Below, piece after piece: positions 8,905 through 19,215 of a stretch of DNA of 64,000 bases. Source of the DNA: Acidimicrobiia bacterium (GTDB lineage Bacteria > Actinomycetota > Acidimicrobiia > Spongiisociales > ZC4RG35); NCBI GenBank assembly GCA_028284765.1, contig JANQRA010000002.1:101061-165060 (forward strand), read 5' to 3'. Position 1 is the first letter of the stretch. Each line of letters starts with the position of its first letter. The translations under genes were made by a program, and so were the position numbers. The notes under the pieces were generated by a model. It was not told where the DNA came from. It saw only the letters and a program-made list of their open reading frames with translations, and made no database searches.

Positions 8905-11900
8905 GTGGCACTAGACCGATTCTCTGACGCGACTCGCACCTGGTTCGAAGCGTCTTTCGCGGCGCCCACCGCAGCCCAGGAGCTGGGCTGGCCTGCCATC
9001 GCCGATGGCGACAACACCCTCGTCCACGCACCCACCGGCTCGGGCAAAACTCTCGCCGCTTTCCTGTGGACCCTCGACCGCCTCCTCACGGAACCAGTGC
9101 CTGAGAAGTCGGAGCGCTGCAGAGTCCTTTACATATCGCCGCTGAAAGCCCTCGCCCACGACGTCGACCGCAATCTGAGGGCCCCGCTTGCCGGAATCAG
9201 GCATGCCGCCGAGCGGATCGGCAAAGGCCCCCTCCCTGAGCTCACCACGTTCCTTAGGACCGGCGATACTCCTCAGGAGGACCGTCGACGGATGGAACGC
9301 AACCCTCCCGACATCCTCATCACCACCCCGGAGTCCCTCTATCTGATGCTCACGAGCGCCGTGAGAAGTGTCTTCAAGAGCGTGCGCTGGGTGATCATCG
9401 ACGAAGTCCACGCCGTCGCCAACACCAAACGCGGCGCTCACCTAGCCCTCTCCCTCGAGCGACTCGAGGAAATCGCAGAGGAGGCTCCTCAGCGCATCGG
9501 GTTGTCGGCAACTCAGCGGCCCCTGGAAACCATCGCCGAGTTCATGTCTGGCGGGACTCACCAGGATGACCATTGGCAGCCGAGACCCACGACCATCATC
9601 GACGTTCCCTCCGATAGGAACATGGACCTGGAGATCATTGTCCCAGTCGAGGACATGAACGAGCCCGCTGAGCCCGACCCTCTGGATCCCGACCGAACGG
9701 CCAATCGCTCCATATGGCCTGCGATCTATCCACGTTTGCTCGAGCAGATCAATCAGCACACCTCCACCATCGTCTTCGCCAACTCACGACGGCTGGCTGA
9801 GCGCATCTGCTCCGAGATCAACAACCTTGCCGAGGCCGAGATTGCCCGGGCCCACCACGGCTCGGTAGCACGAGAGCAACGTCTCGAGATCGAGGAGGCT
9901 CTGAAGCGGGGAGACCTCAAAGCAGTCGTGGCGACATCGTCGCTCGAACTCGGAATCGACATGGGTGCGGTCGATCTCGTCCTTCAAATCGAAGCCCCAA
10001 CGTCGGTTGCCTCGGGTCTGCAACGCGTCGGCCGGGCGGGTCACCACGTCGGGGGCACTTCCCGAGCCAAGGTCTTCCCGAAGTACCGGGGCGACCTTCT
10101 GGTGGCCGCTGTCGTGGCGGAGGAAATGGAAGAGCGAAACGTCGAGAAGACGAGGATTCCCAAGAACCCCATCGACGTGCTCTGCCAACAGATCGTCGCA
10201 CGGGTGGTTGCCGCCGACGTCAACGCCGACGATCTATTCGACCTGGTCAGACAGGCAGCGCCGTATGCAGAGCTGAGCCGCTCAGTCTTCGACGAGACAC
10301 TCGACATGCTGTCGGGCAGGTACCCGTCGGATCTCTTCTCCGAACTCAGACCTAGAATCAACTGGGATCGAGCTTCCGGAGAGATCTCCGCACGGCCAGG
10401 GTCCAGACAGCTTGCGGTGACCAATGCCGGCACCATTCCCGATCGTGGGCTCTACCGAGTCGCACTACCTGATGGCAGTCGGGTCGGAGAGCTCGACGAG
10501 GAGATGGTCTACGAATCGCGTGAAGGGGACGTGTTCCTCTTGGGCTCGAGCGCGTGGCGGATCACTCAGATCACACACGACAAGGTCGAAGTCGTACCTG
10601 CTCCTGGCGAAGCTGGGGCGAAGATGCCGTTCTGGCACGGAGACATGTTGGGGCGGTCGCTGGAGACCGGCCAAGCCGTTGGCAAGTTCATACGCGAGAC
10701 AGCAGCCCTCGACCCCGATGACGCTGCGATAAGGCTGTCTCAGACCCACCGTCTGGATGAGTTGGCGGCTCAGAATCTGGTGCAGTACCTCGACGAGGAG
10801 CGTCAGGCCACGGGCCTCCTTCCCACCGACAAGACCATCGTCATTGAACGTTTCAGGGATGAAATCGGAGACTGGCGAGTTGTCCTCCTCTCACCACTGG
10901 GAGCTCGTGTTCACGCACCCTGGGCAATGGCTCTAAGACACAGATTCAGGGAGCGTTTCGGAACCGATGTAGATGTGATCTGGGCTGACGACGGAATCGC
11001 CTTCCGATTCCCCGACTCTGACGAACCACCCGAGCCTGAAGACTTGATATTGGAGGCCGAGGAGGTGGAACAGCTGCTCGTCGATCACGTGGCAGACACC
11101 GCTCTCTTTGCCGCAAGGTTCCGCGAAGCGGCTGGTCGCGCCCTCCTGTTGCCCAGAAGGAGACCAGGTGAACGCACCCCGCTGTGGCTACAGCGGCGAC
11201 GGTCTGCCGATCTACTTGGAGTGGCCAAGCAATTCGGCTCCTTTCCAATTCTGCTGGAGGTCTACCGCGAGATCCTCCAGGACGACTTCGACCTTCCGGC
11301 TTTGCAGGAAGTCCTGTCCTCAATCAGCCGCCGCAATATTCGAGTGGCGTCGGTCGACTTGCCTTCCCCAAGCCCGTTCGCATCGTCCCTGCTCTTCTCG
11401 TTCGTCGCCGCCTATCTCTACGAGGCGGACGCACCCCTCGCCGAGAGACGGGCCACAGCACTCACTCTCGACCGCGAGCTCTTACGTGAGCTTCTCGGGG
11501 AAGGTGAGCTCAGAGAACTGATCGATCCCGAAGTCGTCGCCGCTGTCGAGCTCGAACTGCAACATCTGACGGAGAACCGACGCGCCAAGAACCCGGACCG
11601 AATCCACGACCTCTTGAGGGATCTGGGTCCTTTGACCATCGAAGACTTGGAAGTGAGGTCCGCTTCGCTCGATCTCTCAGAGGCGCTGAACCAGCTCGAG
11701 GTTCAGAAACAGGTGGTGAAAGTCACAGTTGGTGGCGAAACGCGATGGGCGGCCATCGAAGACGTAGCCAGACTCCGTGACGGTCTCGGTGTCCAGCCTC
11801 CTCAAGGAGTGCCACACACATTCCTCGAACCGGTGCCTGACCCGCTCGGAGATGTCGTGGCGCGCTACGCACGAACCCACGGGCCCTTCACAGCAGGGGA

Positions 11901-13275
11901 AGCCGCGTCGGCGTTGCGCCTGCCCATCGGTGTCGTTGAGACTGCCCTGAAAACGCTCGAAGGTCATGGACGGGTGGTGGAAGGGGCGTTTCGACCGGGT
12001 GGGGAAGGCCGTGAGTGGATCGATGATTCCGTGCTTCGCCGCCTCAAGCGAAAGTCTCTTGCTGTCTTGCGCTCGGAGATCGAGCCGGTCGAGGCCGAGA
12101 CGATGGCCAGTTTCGAAATCGGATGGCAAGGAGTCAGCCCCCAACCTCCCCATGGAGTCAACGCGTTGACGACAGCGGTGGCAAGACTCGCCGGAGCTGC
12201 GATCCCTGCGTCTGTTCTCGAACGTGACGTTCTCAGCGCCCGAGTCGCCGATGCTGGCACTGCGATTGACCAACTGATGCTCTCGGGAGAGCTCGTATGG
12301 GTCGGTCGTGGGGGAATCGGCCAGCGGGACGGCCGTGTGGCTCTCTACCCCCGAGAGAGCTTGAGCGCCCTCTGGACAGGACCTGATCCAGACTACGAGC
12401 CGAATGGAGTCTCGACGGAGATTCTCACCGCGCTCGAGGCACGGGGCGCCAGCTTCTTCGCAGATATCTACGAAGCGACCGGAGGTGGGGACCCCGATCT
12501 CACGGTTGATGCCCTCTGGGATCTGGTTTGGGCTGGCTACCTGACGAACGACACGTTCGAACCTGTGAGGGCATTCACCCGGCGTCGCAGGTCGAAGTCG
12601 TCTGGCAGACGTGCGCTTTCAAGCCGGTTTCCTGCGCATGCAGGTGGCAGGTGGTCGCTCACCTCTTCTCTCATCCACACCCAGAGCCCCGTCACCGAAC
12701 GGCACGCGGCTTGGGCGCAACTGCTTTTGGACCGTCACGGTGTGGTCACCAGGTCAACCGTCCTCGCTGAGGGATACCTGGGAGGATTTGCGGCCTTGTA
12801 CCCGGTGTTCAGCCATCTGGAGGAAAGCGGACGGTTGAGGCGCGGTTACTTCGTCGAGGGTCTCGGAGGGTCCCAATTCGCACTTCCGGGAGCGGTCGAC
12901 CGTCTCCGCTCACCATCGGAGCCGGGGCTGATGGTGCTTGCCGCCACCGATCCGGCGAACCCCTATGGAGGGATTCTTCCCTGGCCCGAAAGCGACGAAG
13001 TCAGACTCGCCCGAGACGCCGGTGCTTACGTCCTGATCTACGAAGGCGGATTGATTGGCTACCTGGATAGGGGGCACAAGGGCCTGACGCTGCTCGACCG
13101 TTCTCCGGAGCGTCTCAGTGATATATCGAGAGCTCTTGCAGAAGTGGCTGCTCGATATCGCCGTTTGACGCTCCTCACTGTGAATGGTGAGCCGGCGACA
13201 TCGTCGCCGTTGGCCAGTCCTCTCTCCGAATGGGGCTTTACCACAGCCCCGAGGGGCCTCACCTACAGAGGCTGA
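8905..13275 (+). CDS. lhr: ATP-dependent helicase Lhr (large helicase-related protein), DEAD/DEAH superfamily 2
   Basis: 1456 aa. Walker A APTGSGKTLAAF, a DEVH box (VIIDEVHAV), and the long Lhr-type C-terminal extension. Confidence 0.85.
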   Translation: MALDRFSDATRTWFEASFAAPTAAQELGWPAIADGDNTLVHAPTGSGKTLAAFLWTLDRLLTEPVPEKSERCRVLYISPLKALAHDVDRNLRAPLAGIRHAAERIGKGPLPELTTFLRTGDTPQEDRRRMERNPPDILITTPESLYLMLTSAVRSVFKSVRWVIIDEVHAVANTKRGAHLALSLERLEEIAEEAPQRIGLSATQRPLETIAEFMSGGTHQDDHWQPRPTTIIDVPSDRNMDLEIIVPVEDMNEPAEPDPLDPDRTANRSIWPAIYPRLLEQINQHTSTIVFANSRRLAERICSEINNLAEAEIARAHHGSVAREQRLEIEEALKRGDLKAVVATSSLELGIDMGAVDLVLQIEAPTSVASGLQRVGRAGHHVGGTSRAKVFPKYRGDLLVAAVVAEEMEERNVEKTRIPKNPIDVLCQQIVARVVAADVNADDLFDLVRQAAPYAELSRSVFDETLDMLSGRYPSDLFSELRPRINWDRASGEISARPGSRQLAVTNAGTIPDRGLYRVALPDGSRVGELDEEMVYESREGDVFLLGSSAWRITQITHDKVEVVPAPGEAGAKMPFWHGDMLGRSLETGQAVGKFIRETAALDPDDAAIRLSQTHRLDELAAQNLVQYLDEERQATGLLPTDKTIVIERFRDEIGDWRVVLLSPLGARVHAPWAMALRHRFRERFGTDVDVIWADDGIAFRFPDSDEPPEPEDLILEAEEVEQLLVDHVADTALFAARFREAAGRALLLPRRRPGERTPLWLQRRRSADLLGVAKQFGSFPILLEVYREILQDDFDLPALQEVLSSISRRNIRVASVDLPSPSPFASSLLFSFVAAYLYEADAPLAERRATALTLDRELLRELLGEGELRELIDPEVVAAVELELQHLTENRRAKNPDRIHDLLRDLGPLTIEDLEVRSASLDLSEALNQLEVQKQVVKVTVGGETRWAAIEDVARLRDGLGVQPPQGVPHTFLEPVPDPLGDVVARYARTHGPFTAGEAASALRLPIGVVETALKTLEGHGRVVEGAFRPGGEGREWIDDSVLRRLKRKSLAVLRSEIEPVEAETMASFEIGWQGVSPQPPHGVNALTTAVARLAGAAIPASVLERDVLSARVADAGTAIDQLMLSGELVWVGRGGIGQRDGRVALYPRESLSALWTGPDPDYEPNGVSTEILTALEARGASFFADIYEATGGGDPDLTVDALWDLVWAGYLTNDTFEPVRAFTRRRRSKSSGRRALSSRFPAHAGGRWSLTSSLIHTQSPVTERHAAWAQLLLDRHGVVTRSTVLAEGYLGGFAALYPVFSHLEESGRLRRGYFVEGLGGSQFALPGAVDRLRSPSEPGLMVLAATDPANPYGGILPWPESDEVRLARDAGAYVLIYEGGLIGYLDRGHKGLTLLDRSPERLSDISRALAEVAARYRRLTLLTVNGEPATSSPLASPLSEWGFTTAPRGLTYRG

Positions 13276-14195
13276 GCGGCTTCCAGCTCTTTGACTCCTA
13301 GAGCTTCGCGTCCGCGGTTCGCCGCTCGTGTCATCACGACAATCGTTGCCGACAACAGGATGATGCCAGCCCATTCAGAGCCCGAAAGAACTCGATCGAA
13401 CGCAACCCACCCGATGAGTATCGAGGTCAACGGGAAGGCCAATTCGGCAAGTGTGGCGCTTGAAGCCGGAGTGGTCTTCAGACCGCGGTAGTAGAGCATG
13501 AGCGCGGCAAGGCCAGGAACCAGTGAGAGCAGGATCAGGGCGCCGAAGTCGCTGAAAGTCAGGTTCATGGCGTCACCCGCCTCGCCACGCACTACAAGGA
13601 TGATGAAGGCTGTCGGCAGACCCACAGCAAAACGCACGGACGTCAACTCGTTCGGTGGGACCTTCTTGGTCAGGTGCTTGCCCAGCACAGTTCCCATGGC
13701 CCATAGAGCCGCTGCACCGAATGCGTAGAGGGCTGGGGCAACCTGGCTAACGCCCACGTCGAATGGATCGGGGAAGGCAATAAGCCATCCACCGGTGACA
13801 GCCGCGAGGAAATACCACCCGTATCGGGGCAGCAGCCTTTCCCCCAAGAGCAAATACGCACCGAGAACTGCGACTACGGGCTGAATCTTCTGTATGAGAA
13901 GTGGGGTGGTGGGATCTCCATAGGTAAAGGCCTGGGTGAACAAGATCGTGGCCACCGCGGAGGCACCTGCGCCAACGAACAGAATTGCAGCCATGTCTTT
14001 GCCGGTGAGTTGGGGCCGATTTCGCCAGAAGCGAATGAGCAAGGGCAGTGTGACTGCCACCAGGATCACGTGTTCCCAGAACACCACCTTGGTTGCTGGC
14101 ATTTCAAATGCCAGGGCCCGTCTGAACAATCCGTCGGTGCCCCAAAGCGCCGCACCCGCGGCGACGAGCAAGAACCCGGATCCAAGTCTCTTCAT
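13263..14195 (-). CDS. EamA/DMT superfamily transporter
   Basis: 310 aa, about 10 TM, with the duplicated EamA-type hydrophobic organisation. Confidence 0.65.
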   Translation of the reverse strand: MKRLGSGFLLVAAGAALWGTDGLFRRALAFEMPATKVVFWEHVILVAVTLPLLIRFWRNRPQLTGKDMAAILFVGAGASAVATILFTQAFTYGDPTTPLLIQKIQPVVAVLGAYLLLGERLLPRYGWYFLAAVTGGWLIAFPDPFDVGVSQVAPALYAFGAAALWAMGTVLGKHLTKKVPPNELTSVRFAVGLPTAFIILVVRGEAGDAMNLTFSDFGALILLSLVPGLAALMLYYRGLKTTPASSATLAELAFPLTSILIGWVAFDRVLSGSEWAGIILLSATIVVMTRAANRGREALGVKELEAAQPL

Positions 14196-14204
14196 CTCAG
14201 CCTT

Positions 14205-14981
14205 TCACGAGATTCCGGACGAACCGGCCCCGGTCACGCCACCATCGATTGGGATGGTTGTGCCCGTCATCCAGTCCGACGCGTCTGAACCCAAGTAAAC
14301 AATCAAACGAGCAACATCTTCCGGCTCGCCCACTCGACCTAACGGATGCATTGCGGCGGTGGCGTCCTCATCGACAAGCAAGGCACCAGCCAACCTCGTT
14401 TTAACAACGGCTGGGGCGACGGCGTTCACGCGGACCGACGGTGCCAACTCGAGCGCAAGTTGACGGGTCATGTGGATCAGCCCGGCTTTCGAGATGTTGT
14501 AAGCGCCCATAATCGGGCTCGGCTTGAGGCCGGCGATGGACGCAACGTTGACTATCGACCCGCCCTTGTCCCCCATCCACTGCCGATACGCCGCCCGTAC
14601 CCAAAGCAGAGGGGCACGAAGATTGACCGCCCAAGTCTTGTCCAGTGCTCCAAGATCGACGTCAACGAGGTTTCCGGGTGCGGGATTGGTTCCGGCGTTA
14701 TTCACGAGGATGTCGCATGCCCCGAAGAACTCGATGGTGTCGGCGACCGCCCCGTCGGCTGCATCCTCGTCATCGGCACGCGCTGCCAACGCAAGTACTC
14801 GACTCGGCTCGACTCCGGCCGAAACGAGTTCAGCCTTTGCCGCTTCGATGTTCTCGGCCTTGCGTGAGGTGATTGCCACTCCGGCCGCGCCAGATCTGGC
14901 GAATTCGAGAGCTGTCGCGAGCCCGATGCCACGACTGCCACCTGTGACCAACGCCACCTTGCCTTCGACCGAAACATCCAT
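14205..14981 (-). CDS. SDR family oxidoreductase
   Basis: GKVALVTGGSRGIGLA (TGxxxGxG) and YNISKAGL (YxxxK). Confidence 0.85.
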   Translation of the reverse strand: MDVSVEGKVALVTGGSRGIGLATALEFARSGAAGVAITSRKAENIEAAKAELVSAGVEPSRVLALAARADDEDAADGAVADTIEFFGACDILVNNAGTNPAPGNLVDVDLGALDKTWAVNLRAPLLWVRAAYRQWMGDKGGSIVNVASIAGLKPSPIMGAYNISKAGLIHMTRQLALELAPSVRVNAVAPAVVKTRLAGALLVDEDATAAMHPLGRVGEPEDVARLIVYLGSDASDWMTGTTIPIDGGVTGAGSSGIS

Positions 14982-14983
14982 TC

Positions 14984-15481
14984 TCAGTGACCTCCACGCT
15001 TCACGCCGCCGTATTTCATCCTGGTATCAGACATGGCTGCCGCTCGAGACTCGTCATCGTTGATCCCGGCATCAACGATCTCACCGATGAACAGCGTGTG
15101 GGTGCCCAGGTCGATTGCCTGCCGCACTTCGCAGTCCATCCAGGCTATGCACTCATCGAATACAGGTGCACCCGTCGTCTTCAGCGACACCGGTCGTCCG
15201 TTGAGTGTCAAGCCATCGCGCACCGCTGGTTTGGAGAACTTGACGAAAGGCCTTGTGTCTTCGGATGACCAGAGATTCACCGTAAATGAGCCTCCGTCGG
15301 TGATGAGGCGATGGGTCACCGCCTTGTTGTCCACACCAATCCCTATCAGGACCGGCTCCATCGAGAGTTGGGTGATCCAACTCGTGGTCATCCCGTTCCA
15401 CTCTTCGCCATGCGCCGACCCGACCAGGGCCAGCGCATTTGGGATCTTCCAGGTGACTTTGTTGATCAGTTCAGAGTCCAC
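14984..15481 (-). CDS. Flavin reductase-like (FMN-binding split-barrel) domain protein
   Basis: ...ALVGSAHGEEWNGMTTSWITQLSMEPVLIGIGV... is a flavin reductase family pattern. Only 3 bp separate it from the SDR gene. Confidence 0.7.
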   Translation of the reverse strand: MDSELINKVTWKIPNALALVGSAHGEEWNGMTTSWITQLSMEPVLIGIGVDNKAVTHRLITDGGSFTVNLWSSEDTRPFVKFSKPAVRDGLTLNGRPVSLKTTGAPVFDECIAWMDCEVRQAIDLGTHTLFIGEIVDAGINDDESRAAAMSDTRMKYGGVKRGGH

Positions 15482-15516
15482 GATCTCGTCCGCTTAGTTG
15501 GGCAGGCCACCCTAAT

Positions 15517-16035
15517 GTGCCTGCGGTGCGGATCCTCATTGCGACAACGGGCGTCCTGCCCGCCGCTCCCGCAGCCGAATTCTGCTCGCAGTTGATAGGC
15601 GAGGAATCTTCGGTTTCGGTCATGACCGTGATTCAGATCCCTCGTTCCTTCCTCGAAGCCCTGGACGACGACGTTCGACGTTCGTTCCTCGATGATGCGC
15701 CTGATCAGACTTCGAGCGCGGAAGAGAAGGCTGCTACCTACCTTGAAGAGCGGGGCCGACGAGCGGTCGATCCCATCTGTGCGGCCCTCGCCGCTCATGA
15801 GATCGAATGCGACATCCACTTCGTTGAAGGCGATGACCCGGCGGAGGCCATCATTCAAACCGCCCAGGAGGTTGGGGCAGAACTGGTTGTCATGGGTGCT
15901 ACTCGGCGTCTCTTCACCGAAGAGGCCTGGCGAAGCGTCTCAGCAAGAGTCATGCTCAATTCACATCTTCCAGTGCTCCTCGTCCCCGGGTCGAAGATCG
16001 AGGACACTATCGAGATGCCGATCATCGAGCTCTAG
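15517..16035 (+). CDS. Universal stress protein (UspA family)
   Basis: VRILIATTG...ELVVMGATRRLFTEEAWRSVSARVMLNSHLPVLLVPG is the USP C-terminal ATP-binding-type motif. Confidence 0.75.
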   Translation: MPAVRILIATTGVLPAAPAAEFCSQLIGEESSVSVMTVIQIPRSFLEALDDDVRRSFLDDAPDQTSSAEEKAATYLEERGRRAVDPICAALAAHEIECDIHFVEGDDPAEAIIQTAQEVGAELVVMGATRRLFTEEAWRSVSARVMLNSHLPVLLVPGSKIEDTIEMPIIEL

Positions 16036-16130
16036 ATCTGGGTGCGGCAGAAGGCCAGGTTCGAGGTGCGGCCCTCGTACGAGGCGAGGACCTCGCGGGA
16101 AAAGACCCCGGTTCTCGTTGTGGAGTCGGC

Positions 16131-16799
16131 TTAGCCCCAGTCCTCAGGCGGCTCTGCGTCGGATCTCTCCGCCTTGACCCTTGCCACATGGGCGGCAGCC
16201 TCGGTACGCCTGCTCATGCCCATCTTTGCCAGCACATTGGATACGTAGTTCTTCACCGTCTTCTCGGCGAGGAACATCTCTTCGGCAATCTGTTTGTTCG
16301 TGAGCCCGTCGGCGATGAGCTCGACGATGGTCCTCTCCTGACCGGTCAGCCTTCCGAGCAGTGGGTCTTCACTCTTCCCACCGCGAATTCGAGCGAATAG
16401 CCGATCGGTCATCTCGGGGTCGAGCAGCGACTCGCCGGCACCGACACGCCGAATGTCACTCACCAAGTCTTCGGTCTTGATTCGCTTCAGCACATAGCCA
16501 GATGCGCCGGCCAGGATGGCTGCCATCAGTGCCTCGTCATCAGCAAACGAAGTCAACATCAGGACTTTCACATCCGGGAAACGCTCCCTTATTTGCCGGC
16601 ACGCATCAACACCGCTGCCGTCGGGAAGCCTCACGTCCAAGACAACGACATTCGGCTCATCCAAACCAACTCTGCGGACTCCGTCCTCGACGGTTCCGGC
16701 CTCTCCGACCACAGTCATGTCATCTTGAGCATCGACGAGCGCCCTGAGACCCGCGCGCACCACTTCGTGGTCGTCTATCAACACGATTTTCAGTGCCAT
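16131..16799 (-). CDS. Two-component response regulator, NarL/FixJ family (REC + LuxR HTH)
   Basis: IVLIDDHEVVRAGL...DVRLPDGSG...LTGQERTIVELIADGLTNKQIAEEMFLAEKTVKNYVSNVLAKMG. Confidence 0.9.
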   Translation of the reverse strand: MALKIVLIDDHEVVRAGLRALVDAQDDMTVVGEAGTVEDGVRRVGLDEPNVVVLDVRLPDGSGVDACRQIRERFPDVKVLMLTSFADDEALMAAILAGASGYVLKRIKTEDLVSDIRRVGAGESLLDPEMTDRLFARIRGGKSEDPLLGRLTGQERTIVELIADGLTNKQIAEEMFLAEKTVKNYVSNVLAKMGMSRRTEAAAHVARVKAERSDAEPPEDWG

Positions 16800-16827
16800 C
16801 GGACCTCACCGTAGCCATGGTTATGTT

Positions 16828-17937
16828 GTGCCCATGACACAGAGACCGGGGTTGACCCGACTCACGCCTCTCATTGCCGAGGCTGCGGCAGTAACAGGAG
16901 AGGACGACCTCGCGCGCGTCCTCAGAACGCTGGTGCAAGAAGCCAAGAGAGCAACCGGTGCGCCGTTCGTAGCCCTTGGACTTCTCGGGGAGCATGGAGT
17001 GCTGTCCGAATTCATATACGCCGGGATGAGCGAATCAGAGGCCGAAGCGATAGGCCATCCCCCTTCCGGGCGAGGAGTGCTCGGAACGGTGATCAGAGAG
17101 AACGAGACCATTCTCCTGGATTCCATCTCCGAGCACCCAGATTCCGTGGGATTCCCGCCAAACCATCCTCCCATGGAGACTTTCCTCGGAGTCCCGGTGG
17201 CTGTCGGAGCTGAGGCGTTTGGCAACTTGTACCTGGCAAACAAGGACACTCCATTCACCGAGAGCGATGCACTGGTGGTCGAAGCGCTGAGCCGAATAGC
17301 AGGGGCTGCCGTCCACAAAGCGCGGCTCGAAGCTCGACTCAGAAAGGTTGCTGTTGTGGAGGACCGTCAGCGAATCGCGCGGGACCTGCACGACTCGGTG
17401 ATCCAAGATCTGTTCGCGGTGGGTCTCACCCTCCAGAGCCTTCAGGGAAAAGTGTCCGAAGACACGGCGGAGATCCTTGCTACCGCAATCGACTCGCTCG
17501 ACGAGTCAGTGACATCGCTCAGGCACTACGTGTTCGAGCTTCGGGAGAGCACTACCGGGCTGCCGGACTTCGATCAGCGTGTTCAAGAACTCGTTTCTCG
17601 GATGGGCTCCGCTTATCCGTCGCGAGTGGAGCTCTCGATTGAGGCACTGGCCGATGCTCCCTGGCATGAAGAGTTGCTCCTGTGGATTGCAGAAGCCCTC
17701 TCCAATGCTCTTCGTCACTCCAACTCCGAAACGATTCGGGTGAAAGTCAAGAGCGAAGACGATCATGTCGTTGCTTCCGTCGTTGACAAAGGGATCGGGT
17801 TCGAGAGGTCTGTCACCAAAGGAGGGATGGGACTGGCCAACATGCATACGCGCGCTCAAGCCATGGCAGGTGAATTGAACATCGAGACCTCGCCGTCGAC
17901 AGGGACGTCTGTGTCTATTCGGATTCCGATTCAATAG
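16828..17937 (+). CDS. GAF-domain sensor histidine kinase (HisKA_3 + HATPase_c), the partner of the divergent NarL-type regulator
   Basis: The N-terminal GAF reads ...FGNLYLANKD. The H-box reads RIARDLHDSVIQDLFAV, and a C-terminal ATPase domain (G box DKGIGF) follows. Confidence 0.8.
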   Translation: MPMTQRPGLTRLTPLIAEAAAVTGEDDLARVLRTLVQEAKRATGAPFVALGLLGEHGVLSEFIYAGMSESEAEAIGHPPSGRGVLGTVIRENETILLDSISEHPDSVGFPPNHPPMETFLGVPVAVGAEAFGNLYLANKDTPFTESDALVVEALSRIAGAAVHKARLEARLRKVAVVEDRQRIARDLHDSVIQDLFAVGLTLQSLQGKVSEDTAEILATAIDSLDESVTSLRHYVFELRESTTGLPDFDQRVQELVSRMGSAYPSRVELSIEALADAPWHEELLLWIAEALSNALRHSNSETIRVKVKSEDDHVVASVVDKGIGFERSVTKGGMGLANMHTRAQAMAGELNIETSPSTGTSVSIRIPIQ

Positions 17938-18373
17938 GAACCAGGGCTTCGATCAACTGATCGAGCCAGTGGCGCACCGTCGCATCGGCCACGTTGTGCA
18001 AACCCGCACGATCGGCAACCCTGCCTACGAACCCGAGCGGTGGCTCATAGGTGCCGTTCAATGTCAGCAGAGTGCTCGAGTTGCCCTGCTTCGACAAAAC
18101 CAGATCGCCCACCAGCTCTGGGAACAGAATGGTCGCTCCTGGAGCCCGCCATTTCACCGGATAGGCAATGCCAGACTTGAGAATCTGAGGGACACCGATG
18201 TCTAGGTGGACTTCCTTTGCCAACCCGCGCCCTGGTCCCACCTTTGCCGAGAGATTCTCTCCGCGCCGGTATGCAACGTCTGCGAGATCATCGAGGCTTC
18301 GCCGAATGTCCAGCAGACGGGACTCGACCTCGGCCAGTCCGAGCTCCACGGAACCGGTTGCTGTGACGAACAT
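17915..18373 (-). CDS. Hypothetical protein (possibly SRPBCC-like fold)
   Basis: 152 aa, with no motif I can name confidently. It sits between the histidine kinase and the PNPOx gene. Confidence 0.35.
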   Translation of the reverse strand: MFVTATGSVELGLAEVESRLLDIRRSLDDLADVAYRRGENLSAKVGPGRGLAKEVHLDIGVPQILKSGIAYPVKWRAPGATILFPELVGDLVLSKQGNSSTLLTLNGTYEPPLGFVGRVADRAGLHNVADATVRHWLDQLIEALVPIESESE

Positions 18374-18838
18374 TTACAAACGCCCGGGACGGGTCCTTCT
18401 CGACCAACCCTTGCCGGAGGCCATGCCGGAGACTTCCTCGATCGGAACCTCCACAACGTGAGGATCGGTTGGAAGGGACTGCAAGCCCCCTCCCCTGCTC
18501 AGTGGCGAGCCCATCACCTTCTCGTACTTCCTGAACAAGCGACCGATCATTTCACTACGGGTATTCGTATCTTCGACGATCGATGCTCGACCATTGACTA
18601 TGACGCTCGCCCATTCGCCGGAGTCGTCGTCGTAGATCGACACCTCGATACACACCTCAGGTGTCTCACGCAACGCGTCCAGCTTTCTGCCTGGCATCGT
18701 CCGGAAGAGGATCCGGTTGTCGCTGACCACGAACGACATTGGCGTCACATACGGGCGACCCTCGTCAATCATTCCGATGTGGGCCACTGGTGCCTCTTCG
18801 AGCACCTTCAACGATTCATCGTGGCTCAGCTGCTCCAT
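18374..18838 (-). CDS. Pyridoxamine 5'-phosphate oxidase-like FMN-binding split-barrel protein (PPOX/NimA class, possibly F420-dependent)
   Basis: MEQLSHDESLKVLEEAPVAHIGMIDEGRPYVTPMSFVVSDNRILFRT.. is the classic PNPOx-like N-terminus. I used the internal ATG; the ORF track extends to 18949. Confidence 0.65.
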   Translation of the reverse strand: MEQLSHDESLKVLEEAPVAHIGMIDEGRPYVTPMSFVVSDNRILFRTMPGRKLDALRETPEVCIEVSIYDDDSGEWASVIVNGRASIVEDTNTRSEMIGRLFRKYEKVMGSPLSRGGGLQSLPTDPHVVEVPIEEVSGMASGKGWSRRTRPGRL

Positions 18839-19215
18839 CAGCCAGACTCCTCCGTTAGGGCCCAGAGGATGTCTTTGATCGAGGCCATGCCTACCAAGCC
18901 GGTTCGGTCGATAACCGGGAGATGTCGATACCCCGCAGCCAACATCCACCGAGCTGCATCGTGAACCTCGGTTTCAGCATCAACGCTGTCGGGATACGGA
19001 GTCATCCAATCGTTGACCTGCTCAGCTGAAGGATCCGCCTGCTGAGCAATGACTTTGACCAAGTCGCGTTCCGTGAAGATTCCAATGACGTCGTCGCCAT
19101 CCGTCACGGCCAAGGCTCCGACTCCGGTTGCACTCATCTGCTCAGCCGCAGAAGAAACTGAAGCTGAGCTGCTCAGCTTCTCGACCTCACCTGCGACCAG
19201 GTCCCTGAGTTCCAT
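18838..19215 (-). CDS. CBS-domain pair protein (Hrp1-like)
   Basis: MELRDLVAGEV...GVGALAVTDGDDVIGIFTERDLVKV...RHLPVIDRTGLVGMASIKDIL gives two CBS motifs. A GGGAG RBS sits 6 nt upstream of the ATG. ATGA overlap with the PNPOx gene. Confidence 0.75.
   Translation of the reverse strand: MELRDLVAGEVEKLSSSASVSSAAEQMSATGVGALAVTDGDDVIGIFTERDLVKVIAQQADPSAEQVNDWMTPYPDSVDAETEVHDAARWMLAAGYRHLPVIDRTGLVGMASIKDILWALTEESG

Noticed and set aside
12186-12198. GAACGTGACGTTC, a LexA-box-like palindrome inside lhr
   Set aside because: The spacer is 5 nt rather than 4, it lies deep inside a coding region, and it is not repeated.
16036-16130. A possible intrinsic terminator (CCTCGTACGAGG palindrome) between the convergent usp and response-regulator genes
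   Set aside because: The stem would have only a 2-nt loop and there is no U-tract. It is not convincing.
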